A stretch of DNA of 64,000 nt, from positions 43,834,001 through 43,898,000 of the forward strand of contig OZ024742.1 of NCBI GenBank assembly GCA_964016885.1. Reading direction: 5' to 3'. The stretch comes from Eledone cirrhosa (Eukaryota). Under the pieces are notes generated by a model. It was given only the letters and a program-made list of their open reading frames with translations. It was not told the origin of the DNA and made no database searches. Positions 49,726 through 62,870 of the stretch are shown piece by piece; position 1 is the first letter of the stretch; every line of letters begins with the position of its first letter. The position numbers and the translations under genes are program-made.

Positions 49726-51525
49726 TCATCATCATCATCAACGTTTAACGTCCGTGTACCCCGCTTGCATGGGTTTGGACGGGGGTTTTCCCACTTGAGG
49801 CAAGAGTGATTGTCTTGCTCGCATAGGACTGTCTGGCAGGTTTTCTACAGTTGGATGCCCTTCCTAACACCAACCATATTTACAGTGTGGGTCTGGGAGG
49901 TTTTTACCGTGTTGCCTACACAGCCACATTACAGCGTGGACTGTGTGTTTTTTTGTCGTGACACCTACACGATCTCATTTGTTTCGGCCTGGATGGTGTG
50001 GCACCAACATAACTTTACATAGAAGGGGGCGGTGTGGATGGGGTGGGGGTGGTGGGACGGGGGTGTATTTAGTTAGAGATGCCTACTGACTGTAGTAGGT
50101 TTTACTTTGTATTTAGGTAAGGCGGGTCTTCTCTATTACTGAGTACTGCCAAAGGTCTCAGTCCAGTGACATTGTCTTGGTGAGGTGTAAGTGTGTGAGG
50201 TCGGAGTTTATCAGCTGTCCCAGGTTTTTCTGGGTCTGCCTATTCCGTGGCTACCGTCTATCTTTATTGCCCTGCACTTTGTTATACAGCTATCGTCCTT
50301 CATGCGCATCACGTGACCATACCAATGTAGCCTTCTCTCTAGTAAACAACATCTGATTCCTCTTATTTCTAATTTTTTCCTTAGTTCGTTTATGCTTTGT
50401 CGTTCACGTATATTACTATTACACATCCAGCGGAGCATGCAAGCTTCGTTTCTCTCTAGTCTGCGTATATCCTCTGCACACAATGCCCAGGTCTCACTGC
50501 CATGCAACATTGCTGTTTTGTATGCAGGCATCGTACAGCCTGCCTTTCATTTTTAGGGAGAACCCTTTAGCGGCTAATAGTGGTATAAGCTCTCTGAACT
50601 TTTTCCACCCAGTTCTGACTCTAGCTACTGTACTTTCAGAGCACCCTCCCCCACTGCTGATTTTGTCACCCAGGTAACGGAAGCTGTCCACTATTTCTAT
50701 AGAACCCTCTGCGCAGTTGAAAGAGCTAGTATTTTGTGGGCACTTGCTGCTACTTATTGCCCCAGAACACCGACCACATGTAAAATCTATGTTCTTAGTT
50801 AGCTTACCTGTGATCCCACTACATCTTTTATGCACCCAAACTTTGCATATGGGACACAAAATGGAATTTCTACCTACGCCTTTCCTACACTCTGCGCATG
50901 GCCACTTCCCGGAGGGGACCGCCGCCTTATTTTCTTTCTTACAAACTAGAACTTTAGTCTTAGCCAGGTTAATTTTAAGGCCTTTTGATTCTAGGCCGTG
51001 CTTCCATGTTTGGAATTTCTTCTCTAGCTCGGCCATTGATTCAGCTATGAGCGTTAGATCATCTGCGTATAGGAGTTACCATGGGCAGCCGGTCTTGAAC
51101 TCCACTGTTATAGCCTGGAGGGCAATAATAAATAGTAGGGGGCTAAGAACAGAGCCCTGATGAACACCAACTTTTACACTAAAATCTTCACTATATTCGT
51201 TGTTAATTCTAACCTTGCCGACTGTTTCTTTATACATGGCTTGTATAGCTCTCACAAGCCATTCATCAACACCTAGTTTTCTAAGAGCCCACCAGATAAT
51301 GGAACGGGGGACTCTGTCGAAGGCCTTCTCCAAGTCGACGAAAGCTAAGTATAGGGGTTTACTTTTAGCTAGGTACTTCTCCTGTAGTTGTCGTACAATG
51401 AAAAGAGCGTCTGTGATACTTTTTCCTGACACAAACCCGAACTGCATTTCATCTAGATCAATTCGCTCTCTGATTAGTTGCGCTATTACTTTTTCCGTGA
51501 CCTTCATGACCTGGTCGATTAATTT
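49726..51525 (-). mobile_element. RTE-clade LINE, subfamily A, 5'-truncated
   Basis: ORF pieces 51076..51507, 50494..51036 and 50211..50531 closely match copy 5949; same 3'UTR and tail. Confidence 0.95.
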
Positions 51526-51834
51526 ATATATATTATATATATATATTATATTATATATATATTATTTTTATATTATATTATATATATATTTTTTTTATAT
51601 TATATTATATTATATTATATTATATATATATTATATATATATTATATTATATATATATTATATTATATATATATTATATATATATATTATATTATATATA
51701 TATTATATATATATATATTATATATATATTATATATATATTATATATATATATATTATATATATATATATATTATATTATATATATATTATATATATATT
51801 ATATTATATATATATTATATATATATTATATATA

Positions 51835-53311
51835 TCATCATCATCATCATCATTTTACGTCCGCTTTTCCCTGCTTGCAAGGGTGGGACGGGTCTTATTC
51901 AGCACAGCATCTCTCCACTCGTCACGGTCCCTCGTCATCTCCACCGTGAGCTTCAATGATCTGAGGTCTGTTCTCACCACCTCCGCCCATGTTTTTCGTG
52001 GTCTACCTCTACCACGTCTTCCTTCAACTGGCATTTCCTGGCACTTCTTCACCCATCGGTCATCCTCCATGCGCATCACATGTCCATACCACCTCAGTCT
52101 CCTCTCCCGTACACTACATTCTATCCCTCTCAGACACAGTTTCTCTCTCAACACATTTATGCTGGGTCGTTCACGCACATTTACACTGCACATCCAACGG
52201 AGCATGCTTGCCTCATTTCTCTCCAGCCGTCGCATATCTTCTGCGGTAGCTGCCCATGTCTCACTACCATGCAGCATCGCGCTCCTCACACAGGCATCAT
52301 ACAACCGGCCTTTCGTACGCAGGGAGAAACCCTTCTTCGTCAACAGAGGAAGCAGCTCCCTAAACTTCTTCCAACCCGTCCTTATTCTAGATACTATGGC
52401 CTCGGAACACCCTGCTCCCATGCTAATCTGATCTCCTAGGTACCGGAAGCTATCCACCACTTCTATAGCGCCCTCTCGCATTTGAAAAATGTGTCTATCA
52501 GTGCGACTTCTACTGTCTAATTTCCCTGTACATCTACTGCATACATATTTCTCCCTACCTGTTAGTTTGCCTGCTATCCTGCTACATCTCTTGTGTACCC
52601 AGGACCTGCATTGTGTGCATTTTATAGAATTTATGCCAGTTCCTTTTCTGCATATCGAACATGGCCATTTCCCTGACGGAATCAGGGTTTTGTCCTCTTT
52701 TCTACTCATCAACACTTTTGTCTTAGCTAGATTTACTCTCAGTCCTCTTGCTTCCAACTGCTGTTTCCATAGCCGGAATTTATTCTCTAGCTCCTCTACT
52801 GATTCTGCCATAAGAGCCAGATCGTCAGCATAGAGAAGTTCCCATGGACAGCCAGTCTTAAACTCCTCTGTTATGGCTTGGAGGACTATAATGAACAAGA
52901 GCGGGCTGAGGACCGAACCCTGATGTACTCCTACTTGTATCTGGAATTCCTCACTAAACTCCATTCCTACCCTGACTTTACTGAGAGTACCTCTGTACAA
53001 AGTTTGCACTGTCCTTACAAGCCATTCCTCAACACCCAGCTTCCTTAGGGACCACCAGATGACAGATCGGGGTACCCTATCAAAGGCCTTCTCTAGGTCA
53101 ACAAAGGCTAAGTATAGTGGCTTATTCTTCTCTAAGAACCTCTCTTGCATTTGTCTCACCAAGAAGAGGGCATCCGTTGTACTCTTCCCAGGCACAAAAC
53201 CAAACTGCATCTCATCTAGTTTGACCCTTTCTCTAATTAGTTGTGCTAAAATCCTTTCTGCCACTTTCATAACCTGATCTATCAGTTTTATACCCCTATA
53301 ATTGCTCCTCT
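51835..53311 (-). mobile_element. RTE-clade LINE, subfamily B, 5'-truncated, uninterrupted ORF, essentially no 3'UTR
   Basis: ORF 51855..53270 (471 aa) has RT motifs, PHD-type finger and RTE C-terminus; the stop codon abuts the (ATG)n tail. Confidence 0.95.
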
Positions 53312-53408
53312 ATATATATATATTATATTATATATATATTATATATATATTATATATATATATATTATATTATATATATATTATATATATATATATTATA
53401 TATATATC

Positions 53409-53620
53409 CAGTTCCCCAGTGAATTAACAACCCAGCAAGGAACTGGGCATATCAGAGTATTGACAATATCATACACCTAAACAACATATGTACTTGTCTA
53501 TACCATACTAATTCAAACTGCCTGAAGAGGTCACAGCCAAAGATGGCTGTCACTGAAATATATATAGCAGTAATAAACGAAGCTAAATTTTAATCATTTG
53601 ACTTTTATTTAACTTTATTT
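53409..53620 (+). mobile_element. Short hammerhead-bearing island in TA tract (Penelope-like 3' fragment)
   Basis: About 210 bp of unique sequence between TA tracts; contains the hammerhead followed by AATAAA. Confidence 0.65.
53517..53571 (+). ncRNA. Minimal type I hammerhead ribozyme
   Basis: ACUGC-CUGAAGA-GGUCACAGCCA-AAGA-UGGCUGUCACU-GAAA-UAUAUA-UA-GCAGU: 5-bp stem I, 11-position stem II (one C-C mismatch, closing G-U), palindromic stem III, AUA cleavage triplet. Confidence 0.8.
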
Positions 53621-54013
53621 TATATATTATATATATATATATTATATTATATATATATTATATATATATTATATTATATATATATTATATTATATATATA
53701 TTATATTATATATATATTATATATGTATTATATTATATATATATTATATATATATTATATTATATATATATATTATATATATATATTATATATATATTAT
53801 ATTATATATATATATTATATATATATTATATTATATATATATATTATATTATATATATATTATATTATATATATATTATATATATATTATATTATATATA
53901 TATTATATTATATATATATTATATTATATATATATTATATTATATATATATATATTATATATATATATATTATATATATTATATATATATATATTATATA
54001 TATATATTATATA

Positions 54014-54200
54014 TGGTGGATTGGCAGTATTGGTAGAGGGTCTGACGCTATGCTTTGCAGCAAAGAGTTACGCCCCTTTATGGTTTGAGTTCAAATCCCG
54101 CCGAGGTTAACTTTGCCTTTCATCCTTACGGGGTCGATAAAATAAAGTACCAGTAATGCACTGGATAATTGCTGGCTTTGTGCCAAAAGTAGAAACAATT
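54014..54200 (+). mobile_element. Full-length young tRNA-SINE in TA tract
   Basis: Near-identical to the 47849 copy. Confidence 0.9.
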
Positions 54201-54253
54201 ATATATATATATTATATATATATATTATATATATATATTATATATATATATAT

Positions 54254-54285
<32 letters not shown>

Positions 54286-54303
54286 ATATATATTATATAT
54301 ATA

Positions 54304-54347
<44 letters not shown>

Positions 54348-54470
54348 ATATATATATATATATATTATATTATATATATATTATATTATATATATATTAT
54401 ATTATATATATATTATATATATATTATATTATATTATATATATATATATTATATATATATTATATTATAT

Positions 54471-56153
54471 ATCATCATCATCATCACCGTTTTACGTCCG
54501 TTCTTCCACGCTAGCATGGGTTAGACGGGTTGTCCTGTTGAGGGCAGTGTCTGGTCGGCTGACCATGCCTTGCTCATACAGGAACTGATCTGGCTTGATT
54601 TCTACAGCTGGATGCCCTTCCTAACACCAACCTCATTTACAGTGAGTGCTGGGTTCTTTTTCGTGGCACCTACACGTCCACTTTACAGTGTGGGCTGGGT
54701 GCTTTTTTGCCGTGGCACCTCCACGACCACCTTGCGGTGGGGGCATATTGTTTATATGCTTCAGCATGAACCCATGGGAGGTCGGGTACCCTGTATTACT
54801 GCGTGACGCCAGAAGTCACGGTCGTGTGTCATTGTCTTTTGAGAGGTGTAGTTGGGTAAGGTCGGCTTTTATCACCTCATCCCAAGTCATCTTGGGTCTC
54901 CCCACTCCGCGGTTTCCATCAACTTGTAGTGCTCTGCACCTTTTTATGCAGCTGTCATCCTTCATACGCATCACATGTCCATACCAGCGTAACCTCCTCT
55001 CCTGCACGCAGCATTTGATTCCTCTTATGCTCAGTCTCTCTCTCAGTTCCTTTATGCTTTGTCGTTCACGTATATTACCGTTACACATCCATCGGAGCAT
55101 GCAGGCTTCGTTTCTCTCTAATCTACGTAAGTCTTCCACCTTCAGCGCCCAGGTCTCACTACCATGCAACATCGCTGTTCGGATACACGCATCATACAGT
55201 CTGCCTTTCATTCTGAGGGAGAAGCCTTTTGCAGCTAGCAGTGGTAGTAGTTCCTTAAACTTCTTCCATCCCGTTCTTACCCTAGTTATTGTACTTTCTG
55301 AGCACCCACCTCCGTTGCTAATTCGGTCACCTAGGTAGCAGAAGCTGTCTACTGTTTCTCCAGGGCCCTCCCAGAGATTGGTGGTACTTGTTTCCTGTGG
55401 CTGTTTGCTTGCTGTTTCAGCACAGCTGCTGCATGTGAATCCTACATTCTTAATTAAGCTTCCTGAGATCCCGCTACATCTCTTGTGTACCCATTGTTTG
55501 CATTTGGGGCAGAGAATGGAGTTCCTACCTACACCTTTCCTACATACTGAGCAAGGCCATTTCCCTGAGGGGATCTGGGTTCTGTTTTCTCGTCTACTTA
55601 CAAGGACCTTAGTCTTTGTCATGTTGACTTTGAGACCCTTTCTCTCTAGTCCCTGCTTCCAGGTTTTGAATTTATTCTCTAGTTCTACCATAGATTCAGC
55701 TATGAGTGCGAGGTCATCAGCATACAGGAGTTCCCATGGACATCCGGTCTTAAACTCCTCCGTTATTGCTTGCAGGACTATGATGAACAGGAGAGGGCTA
55801 AGAACAGAGCCCTGGTGGACCCCAACCTGTACGCTAAATTCCTCGCTATACTCATTGCTCATCCTAACTTTGCTGACTGCTCCCCTATACATGGCTTGTA
55901 CCGCTTTCACAAGCCATTCATCTACTCCTAGTTTTCTAAGAGCCCACCAGATTACTGCACGTGGAACTCTGTCAAAGGCTTTCTCAAGGTCGACAAATGC
56001 CAAGTAGAGTGGCTTACTTTTAGCTAGGTACTTTTCCTGTAATTGCCTCACAAGGAAGAGGGCATCAGTGGTGCCTCTCCCTGGTACAAACCCAAATTGC
56101 ATCTCGTCTATATTCACCCGGTCCCCAATCAGCTGTGCTATAACTCTTTCTGT
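54471..56153 (-). mobile_element. RTE-clade LINE, subfamily C, 5'-truncated
   Basis: ORF 54816..56117 (433 aa) with RT motifs and PHD-type finger; distinct 3'UTR that still shares TTAGGAAGGGCATCCAGCTGTAGAA; (GAT)n tail. Confidence 0.95.
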
Positions 56154-56554
56154 ATATATATTATATATATTATATATAACTCTTCTCTATATATATATTA
56201 TATATATTATATATATATTATATTATATATATTATATATATATTATATTATATATATATTATATACATATATATATATTATATACATATATATATATTAT
56301 ATATATATATTATATATATTATATATATATATATTATATATAGTACTTAAAACAGTAACTGGAAGTGCGCTCATATGAGAATATAAGCAAGCACTGTGAA
56401 TTGAATTTTCTGAAAGGAAAAGTGGCAGTGACTTCGAAGTTTCAACTTAGTTGCTCCACCTGGCCGCCCCAGATAAATACGCGAACATAGAAAAGTGAAA
56501 CATTAACAGAATGAGCACTCACTACATGTGGTTTTATTTTCCAAAGAAAAAGGC

Positions 56555-56644
56555 TGACAGTGACTTCGATGTTTTGGCGATGGTGTTTGTTCAGATTTCC
56601 TTTCTTGAAGAAGCACTATCGTCGAAACTTCGAAGTCAATGTCA
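56555..56644. repeat. Imperfect ~39-bp inverted repeat (hairpin)
   Basis: TGACAGTGACTTCGATGTTTTGGCGATGGTGTTTGTTCA pairs with TGAAGAAGCACTATCGTCGAAACTTCGAAGTCAATGTCA; 12-nt loop. Confidence 0.8.
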
Positions 56645-56994
56645 CCCTTAAATGTATATGCGGTTGACTTAAGAGACGGAAATTTTAAAATGTAGTCCTA
56701 AATGCACATGACTATAGTAATAGTCGATCATTGTATGTGTGTCGTGAACTCCCCTTATTTCGCGTTATCCTGGTGTCTACCTGTATTGTGTCAAGTGAGA
56801 GGCGAGAGAGAGAGAGAGAATAAATGTCCAAAAGAGTGGTGGGAGGTTTGCAGAAACTCCATCTGTTTGTCAGGGTATATCACCACACAACCTGTCTACA
56901 TGATGTTGTATCATAACAATGGTCTTCCTGCTAGCTGCAACAATAATTAGCCATGCTGGAATGGGGGAAACTTAAATTTTCACAATATCATAAC

Positions 56995-57680
56995 ACTGTT
57001 GTTTTTTAGCTTCAGGTCAAACCTCATCTTGGCAACACTATGATCAAAAGACGTCGTTCCAGTTGTGACTTTTACGCTGACTTTTCAGTTTTTTATATAA
57101 TAAAGATTGTTATCCTGTATTTTTTTTATTTTTAAGATTGTAAGATTTGATCTCTGTGGTTTTAGGTTATTGTTTCTAAGAGGTCACGTTACTGATGGCC
57201 TATAAAGAACCCCCATGTTGGTATTTTATAGTATATCTAGTGTTTAATCCAGGCCAGTTTTGATCCAGCAAACCTATGATCAAAGACGTTACATTCCATA
57301 TTTTTTCTTCTTCAGATTAGTATATCTTGAACTACATTAGCTTTTATGACAATGACTGATTTGAGGTTTGGCTGACTGTTATATCTAGCATGTCCATCAA
57401 CCGCATAGACTCCTCCTCGTTGATCTGATGACATACTTTACTGCTACTATTGTAATAGTTTTTTTGTTTAGCCCTAGGTCACCGCAGATCTATGATGAAA
57501 AGTATTCCAATTGTGATCATCCAGTCTTTTTCTTAGCATAGGATTATACTATTATCTACGCATAGGATTATACTATTCAATGTATATTTCTTTTCTCAAT
57601 ACGGCCGAGTGTCATTTGAGGAAAATTTGTCTGTTTCTAGCTGGTCGTACCTAAGCGACCGCGTAGGGGTTTCTTCACAA
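56995..57680 (-). mobile_element. Three tandem decayed copies of a ~230-bp SINE-like repeat (fragments also ~23420 and 23785)
   Basis: Recurring GTTT(A)G..C.AGG.CA...CTATGAT.AAA..TTCCA and .ATTTGA..TGTTTCTAG motifs at ~57000, 57240 and 57465. Confidence 0.55.
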
Positions 57681-58751
57681 TTGTTATTATTGTCGTTGTC
57701 ATTGTTGCTACCATCGTTTCCACCGTTCATTCACTCTCTTAATTCCTCAGCAACTTCTTCCTTCTAGAATTAACTATTATTATACAACACTGCTAAGTCA
57801 ATGAGCGCTTTCGTCTTTTTTTTTCCTCTTCCTCGTTTAGTGCTGTTCATTTTCAACATTTTTTTTTTGGGGGGGGGGTCTTTCTTTGTTTATTCTTCCA
57901 TTCATTCCAAGTTACTTCTCTCGTTCATTCATATTGCTGGTAGCTATTTCAGAAGACATCAACGAACACCTACATACTACCACTGGCATTATAAATATTT
58001 TAGTACAAGTGCTACTACCCTCTCTACTACTTAACCATAACTGAGTGACTTTGAAACAGCCGTATTGACAACACATACATAATAATATTTAAATTATCAA
58101 AAAGCAGAACCACGAAACAAAACGAACAAAAAAGCATTAGTTACAATTGACAAACGTTGACATTATTCATTTTTGTTTTGGGACTTAATCATTTTCCGAA
58201 AATAAACCTAGCTTTGTCGTAACTAACCATCTATATAATAATTCTAACAAATATAATTCACACGCGCGCTCACTATACTTTCCGACACGGGTGCACATGC
58301 ACACATACGCACGTATACACACATATATGCGTATATATACACATGCGCTTCCATATACATAAATATACTTATGCTATACAGATACACATATACTTACGCT
58401 TCCATACACATACATACAGATATAAATGCACTCACACGCAAAGACGGCAGCACGCACATACACATAGTCGTCCGCACACACATGCACACAGGCGCGCGCA
58501 CGTATGCACAGATTCGCGAACACACATATGCACGCAATCGTACACATACATAGTAGATTCTACAGATACGCAAGCATCATACAAACAGAGAGGGAGAGTA
58601 GAGTATGTGATTGAGACCTAAGTGTATGTTGATGGTGGCGGCGTCGTCAGTACGGCTTTTCGAGGAGTTGGCAAGGTAAAAAAAGCGACTATCCTGATGT
58701 GAGTGCGAGACAAAGGCACCGCTGCCGCTACTCACTAACATTGGGTTAGCT

Positions 58752-58910
58752 ATGTCCCTCCCTGAACCGGGACATGGCTTCAGTGTGGAGGCTGACTTCA
58801 TCGAGAAAAACGGCCGTCAGAATTGGATTACAAAACTCTGCTGTTGTACCCAAATCATGGCTAATGTAAAGATTACCCAAGCTAAACGGATATCCCGGAC
58901 TCTCTCCGAG
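58752..58910 (+). CDS. Candidate first coding exon of an unidentified host gene (53 codons)
   Basis: CpG-enriched, non-repetitive segment; ATG-initiated frame MSLPEPGHGFSVEADFIEKNGRQNWITKLCCCTQIMANVKITQAKRISRTLSE ends at GAG|GTATAT, followed by an abrupt shift to AT-rich intron-like sequence. Confidence 0.45.
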
Positions 58911-59425
58911 GTATATAAATATATATTTGGATGTATATGTATATGTGTGTGTTTGTCTGTCTATATATTTATATCGCCAGCAGTTTGTGTGCTTGCGTGT
59001 AATTTGTTTCTAAAAAGCCAAGCCAGCCACATGAGCTGATGGAAAGAGAATACTTCCCCTACCCCATTTTTTTGTTTTCGTTTTCATCATTCTTCTTCTT
59101 TCTCTTTCTTCTACATAAACTTGCAAACAGCTTTCATCTTTTTATTTCTGTTTTATTTATTAAGCAGGCTGGCCTTTTTTTTAAAGGCGATGCATGAGTT
59201 GACGTTTGGATGTATGTATATATATATATGTACATACATATATACGTACATACATACATACAGGCATATAATCATTCAGGTACATATGTACATGCATATA
59301 TACGTACATGAATGTACATGCATTCAAATACGTAGATTTGTGTATTGTGTTAGACATAAATACCTTATTGACACATACATAAAGATGCAACAGAACATGT
59401 TTGTATATATATATACATTCACACA

Positions 59426-59539
59426 CAGGGTGTCCCCCCCCCCCAAAAAAAAAATGTATACACACTTAGATTACCTGTACAGGCAATATTTGTCAGAATG
59501 CTGTTGAAGTGTGTGTTTTTTGGGGGGGGAGGGGACACC

Positions 59540-59542
<3 letters not shown>
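59426..59542 (+). mobile_element. Small Tc1/mariner-type MITE
   Basis: TIRs CAGGGTGTCCCC..CCCCAAAAAA / TTTTTTGGGG..GGGGACACCCTG with TA on the right flank; second copy at 32005. Confidence 0.8.
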
Positions 59543-59591
<49 letters not shown>

Positions 59592-59877
59592 TCACACGCG
59601 TGTGTCTTAAGTTTCTTTGTTAGTAAGTATAGAAAAGGAGGAGACATTTATACCCCTCCCTTCAAATCTTTTCCTCATTCTTCCTGTGTCAGCTAGTCTT
59701 TCTCTTCTACACATTGGTACACACAATTGTAAATACCTTTCATATCCCCCCCCCCTCTCTGTCGTTGCTTTCAGGTTGGCATTTTTGAAAGGCCAAACAT
59801 CTTAAATCTGTCTCCACTTTCTTTGTCACGAACGTATTTAGCTATACCATAAGAGTCTTCATTTACTATTTCCTTAA

Positions 59878-59919
<42 letters not shown>

Positions 59920-60242
59920 AACACGATAAAAATACTTAATACATGTAATAGTATATTTTGTTCGTAGTAGCAGATGACTTTACGTTAAGACACGAGTAGA
60001 TTTTGCTCAATTTTCGGTAACACTTCAATACTGACATAAGACAAGAGCTGTGTGTTTATATATTATATATTATCAATCATAATATTTGTAATATTAACAA
60101 TAATAGTGATTATCTGATAAGCTGAGCAATCAGTCTGTTGAGCTAATATTTAGCTGTGAATAGTGTTTTCTTCCTGTTCTTATGTAAATACATGACTAAA
60201 AGCTATTTGCGCGCGTATAGCATCAACACACCGAAGTATGTA

Positions 60243-60304
<62 letters not shown>

Positions 60305-60454
60305 GAGTAGTATCAGATTTATTCACGCGTGACACGTGTTTCGCGATTGATCAGCTCAAGGTACGATCCGTATCGATCGCGCCGACTCTAGACTCAATAC
60401 TACATCAGACTCGTAGTTTCCCTATTAGTAGAGTTAAGCTACAAACTATTAACC

Positions 60455-60489
<35 letters not shown>

Positions 60490-60495
<6 letters not shown>

Positions 60496-60649
60496 ATAAA
60501 CATCAGGCAATTATTCCATTTACCAGTGGTTTCTTAAAAGCAAAAAAATTTTGCTTTCAATCATCAATTCTGATGATTGAAAGCAAAATTTTTTGCTTTT
60601 AAGAAACCACTGGTAAATGGAATAATTGCCTTATGTTGTTTATTACATA
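60490..60649. repeat. Near-perfect long palindrome (~62-bp core arms, 4-nt loop)
   Basis: AGGCAATTATTCCATTTACCAGTGGTTTCTTAAAAGC..TTTCAATCATCA-ATTC-TGATGATTGAAA..GCTTTTAAGAAACCACTGGTAAATGGAATAATTGCCT with one indel. Confidence 0.95.
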
Positions 60650-60715
60650 ACTATTAAGCTCTGTTACCTACATAGAGCACTCTTTTTTTCTGGACCTTTC
60701 CGACGGAATTACTTC

Positions 60716-60760
<45 letters not shown>

Positions 60761-60764
60761 CTCT

Positions 60765-60823
<59 letters not shown>

Positions 60824-61571
60824 TATTCCATGCTACGATGGTTTGAACTTTATACAGTAGTCTTACATGCTTAATATGGTGAGTGGAAAAACTGCAACTG
60901 AGATTATTCGAATAACCCAAATGCGAAATCTTCATTGGGAGGTGTTAATTCAAAAACAGCAAGCACATTTGAATCAGCTGCTCTCATAGTGGTTATCTTC
61001 CCTGTTTAGTTGTTACTTTTTTTTAAATTTTGTATTTCTCTTTTTAATTAATTGCAGCTGATTGAAGTTTATCCATGTGTGATTATTATGTTTGTGTGTG
61101 TCTTAGCTGTTTCTTTAATAATAATGGAAAAGGAAGAGTAATATTCACATCCTTTATTCTAAATCTTTTCCTCATTTTCTCTGTGTCACCTAGTTTTTCT
61201 TTTACACATATGTGTACACAATTGTAAATAATTTCCATCTCTTTCTCTTTCTGGTTTTCAGATTGGCATTTTTAAAAGGGCAAAAGTTTTAAATCTGTCT
61301 CTTCCTTTTCTGTCACACATGTTTATGTGTGTTTAAATATTATATATATATATATATATATACATATATACAAGTGGAAGCTTAGTAAAATCGAAGCTTT
61401 GGCTGTGGCCAAGCAAAGTCGACCTACAATAAGGAATGAGTAGCAAAGCACTCAATAAGGATAGGTCCTTAGAGTAATAAATAACATTACGTTTAAATAG
61501 CTTGACAAATTGAAAATTGCAGTAGGCAAAACCCAACCATACAGTACCAAAACAACGAAAGAACTAATAAC

Positions 61572-62870
61572 CATCACCATTTAACGTCCATTTTTCCACA
61601 CTATTGAGACAAGCCAAATCAGGTGAACATGTCTTGCTCATATAGAACTGATTTGGGCCTGGTTTCTATGACTGGATGCCCTTCCTAATGCCAACCACAT
61701 TCACAGTATGCACTGATGTTTTTTTTATCGTGACACCTTCACAACCACTTTACAGTGTAGGTTGGGTGCTTTTGTCGTGGTACCAGAAACGATTACAGCT
61801 GTCATTCTTCATTCTCATCACATGTCCATACTAATGTGATCCCTCTTATGCTCAGTTTTTCTCTGTCCATTTATGCTTTGCCGTTCATGTATATTACTAT
61901 TACACATACATTGAAGCATGCCAACATCATTTCTTTCCAATCCTCGCAGGTCCTCTGCATACGGTGCCCTGGTCTCACTACCATGCAACATTGCTGTTTG
62001 TATGGATGCAACATACAATCTGCCCTTCATTTTGAGGGAAAACCCTTTAGTAGTAGCTCCCTGAACTTTTTCCATCCTATTTTTGCTTTGGCTACTGTAC
62101 TTTCAACACACCCATCTCCACTGCTAATTTGGCCATCCAGGTAACAGAAGCTATCAACTGTTTCTATGGAACCTTCCAAGAATTTGATAGCACTTATTTC
62201 TTGTGAGTGTTTGTTACTTACTGCTCTTGTGCAATGGCCACAAGTAAAACCTATGTTCTTAGCTAACCTACCCTATATCCCACTACATCTCTTGTTTACC
62301 CACCCCTTTCCTATACACTGAGTAGGGCCATTTCTTACTAGAAATTTGGTCTTTGCCAAGTTGACTTTAAGATCTTTTGATTCCAGGTTATGCTTCTAAG
62401 AAAGTTTTTCTCTAGTTCTGTCTCTAGTTCTGTCATAGATTCAGCTATGAGAGTTAGATCTTTAGCATACAGGAGTTCTTATGGGCACCCTGTTTTAAAC
62501 TCTTCTATTATAGCCTGGAGGATGAGAGGGCTAAGAACCTTGGTTGATCTTAACTTGCACACTAAATACCTCACTATAGTCATTAACTTTAACCTTGCTG
62601 ACAACACCTCTGTACATGGCTTGTGCCACTTTCACTAGCCACTCTTGTACTGTAATCCTAGTTTCCTAAGGGCCCACCTGATTACAGAATGGGGGAACCT
62701 GTCAAAAGTTTTCTCTTGGTCGACAAATGCTAAGTGGAGGGGTTTGCTTTTAGCTAGATACTTCTCCTGCAGTTGCCTCACAAGGAAGTTGGCATCCATG
62801 GTATCTTTTCCAGACTGAAATTAGCTGTTGAAAGAAGAACTCAGCTATTGGGCCCTAACTCTTTCTAATG
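61572..62870 (-). mobile_element. Older decayed RTE copy (related to subfamilies A/C), 5'-truncated, with internal deletions
   Basis: KGFSLKMKGRLY..TAMLHGSET..LERND; 3'UTR motif TGGATGCCCTTCCTAATGCCAACC; degenerate (CAT)n tail. Confidence 0.88.
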
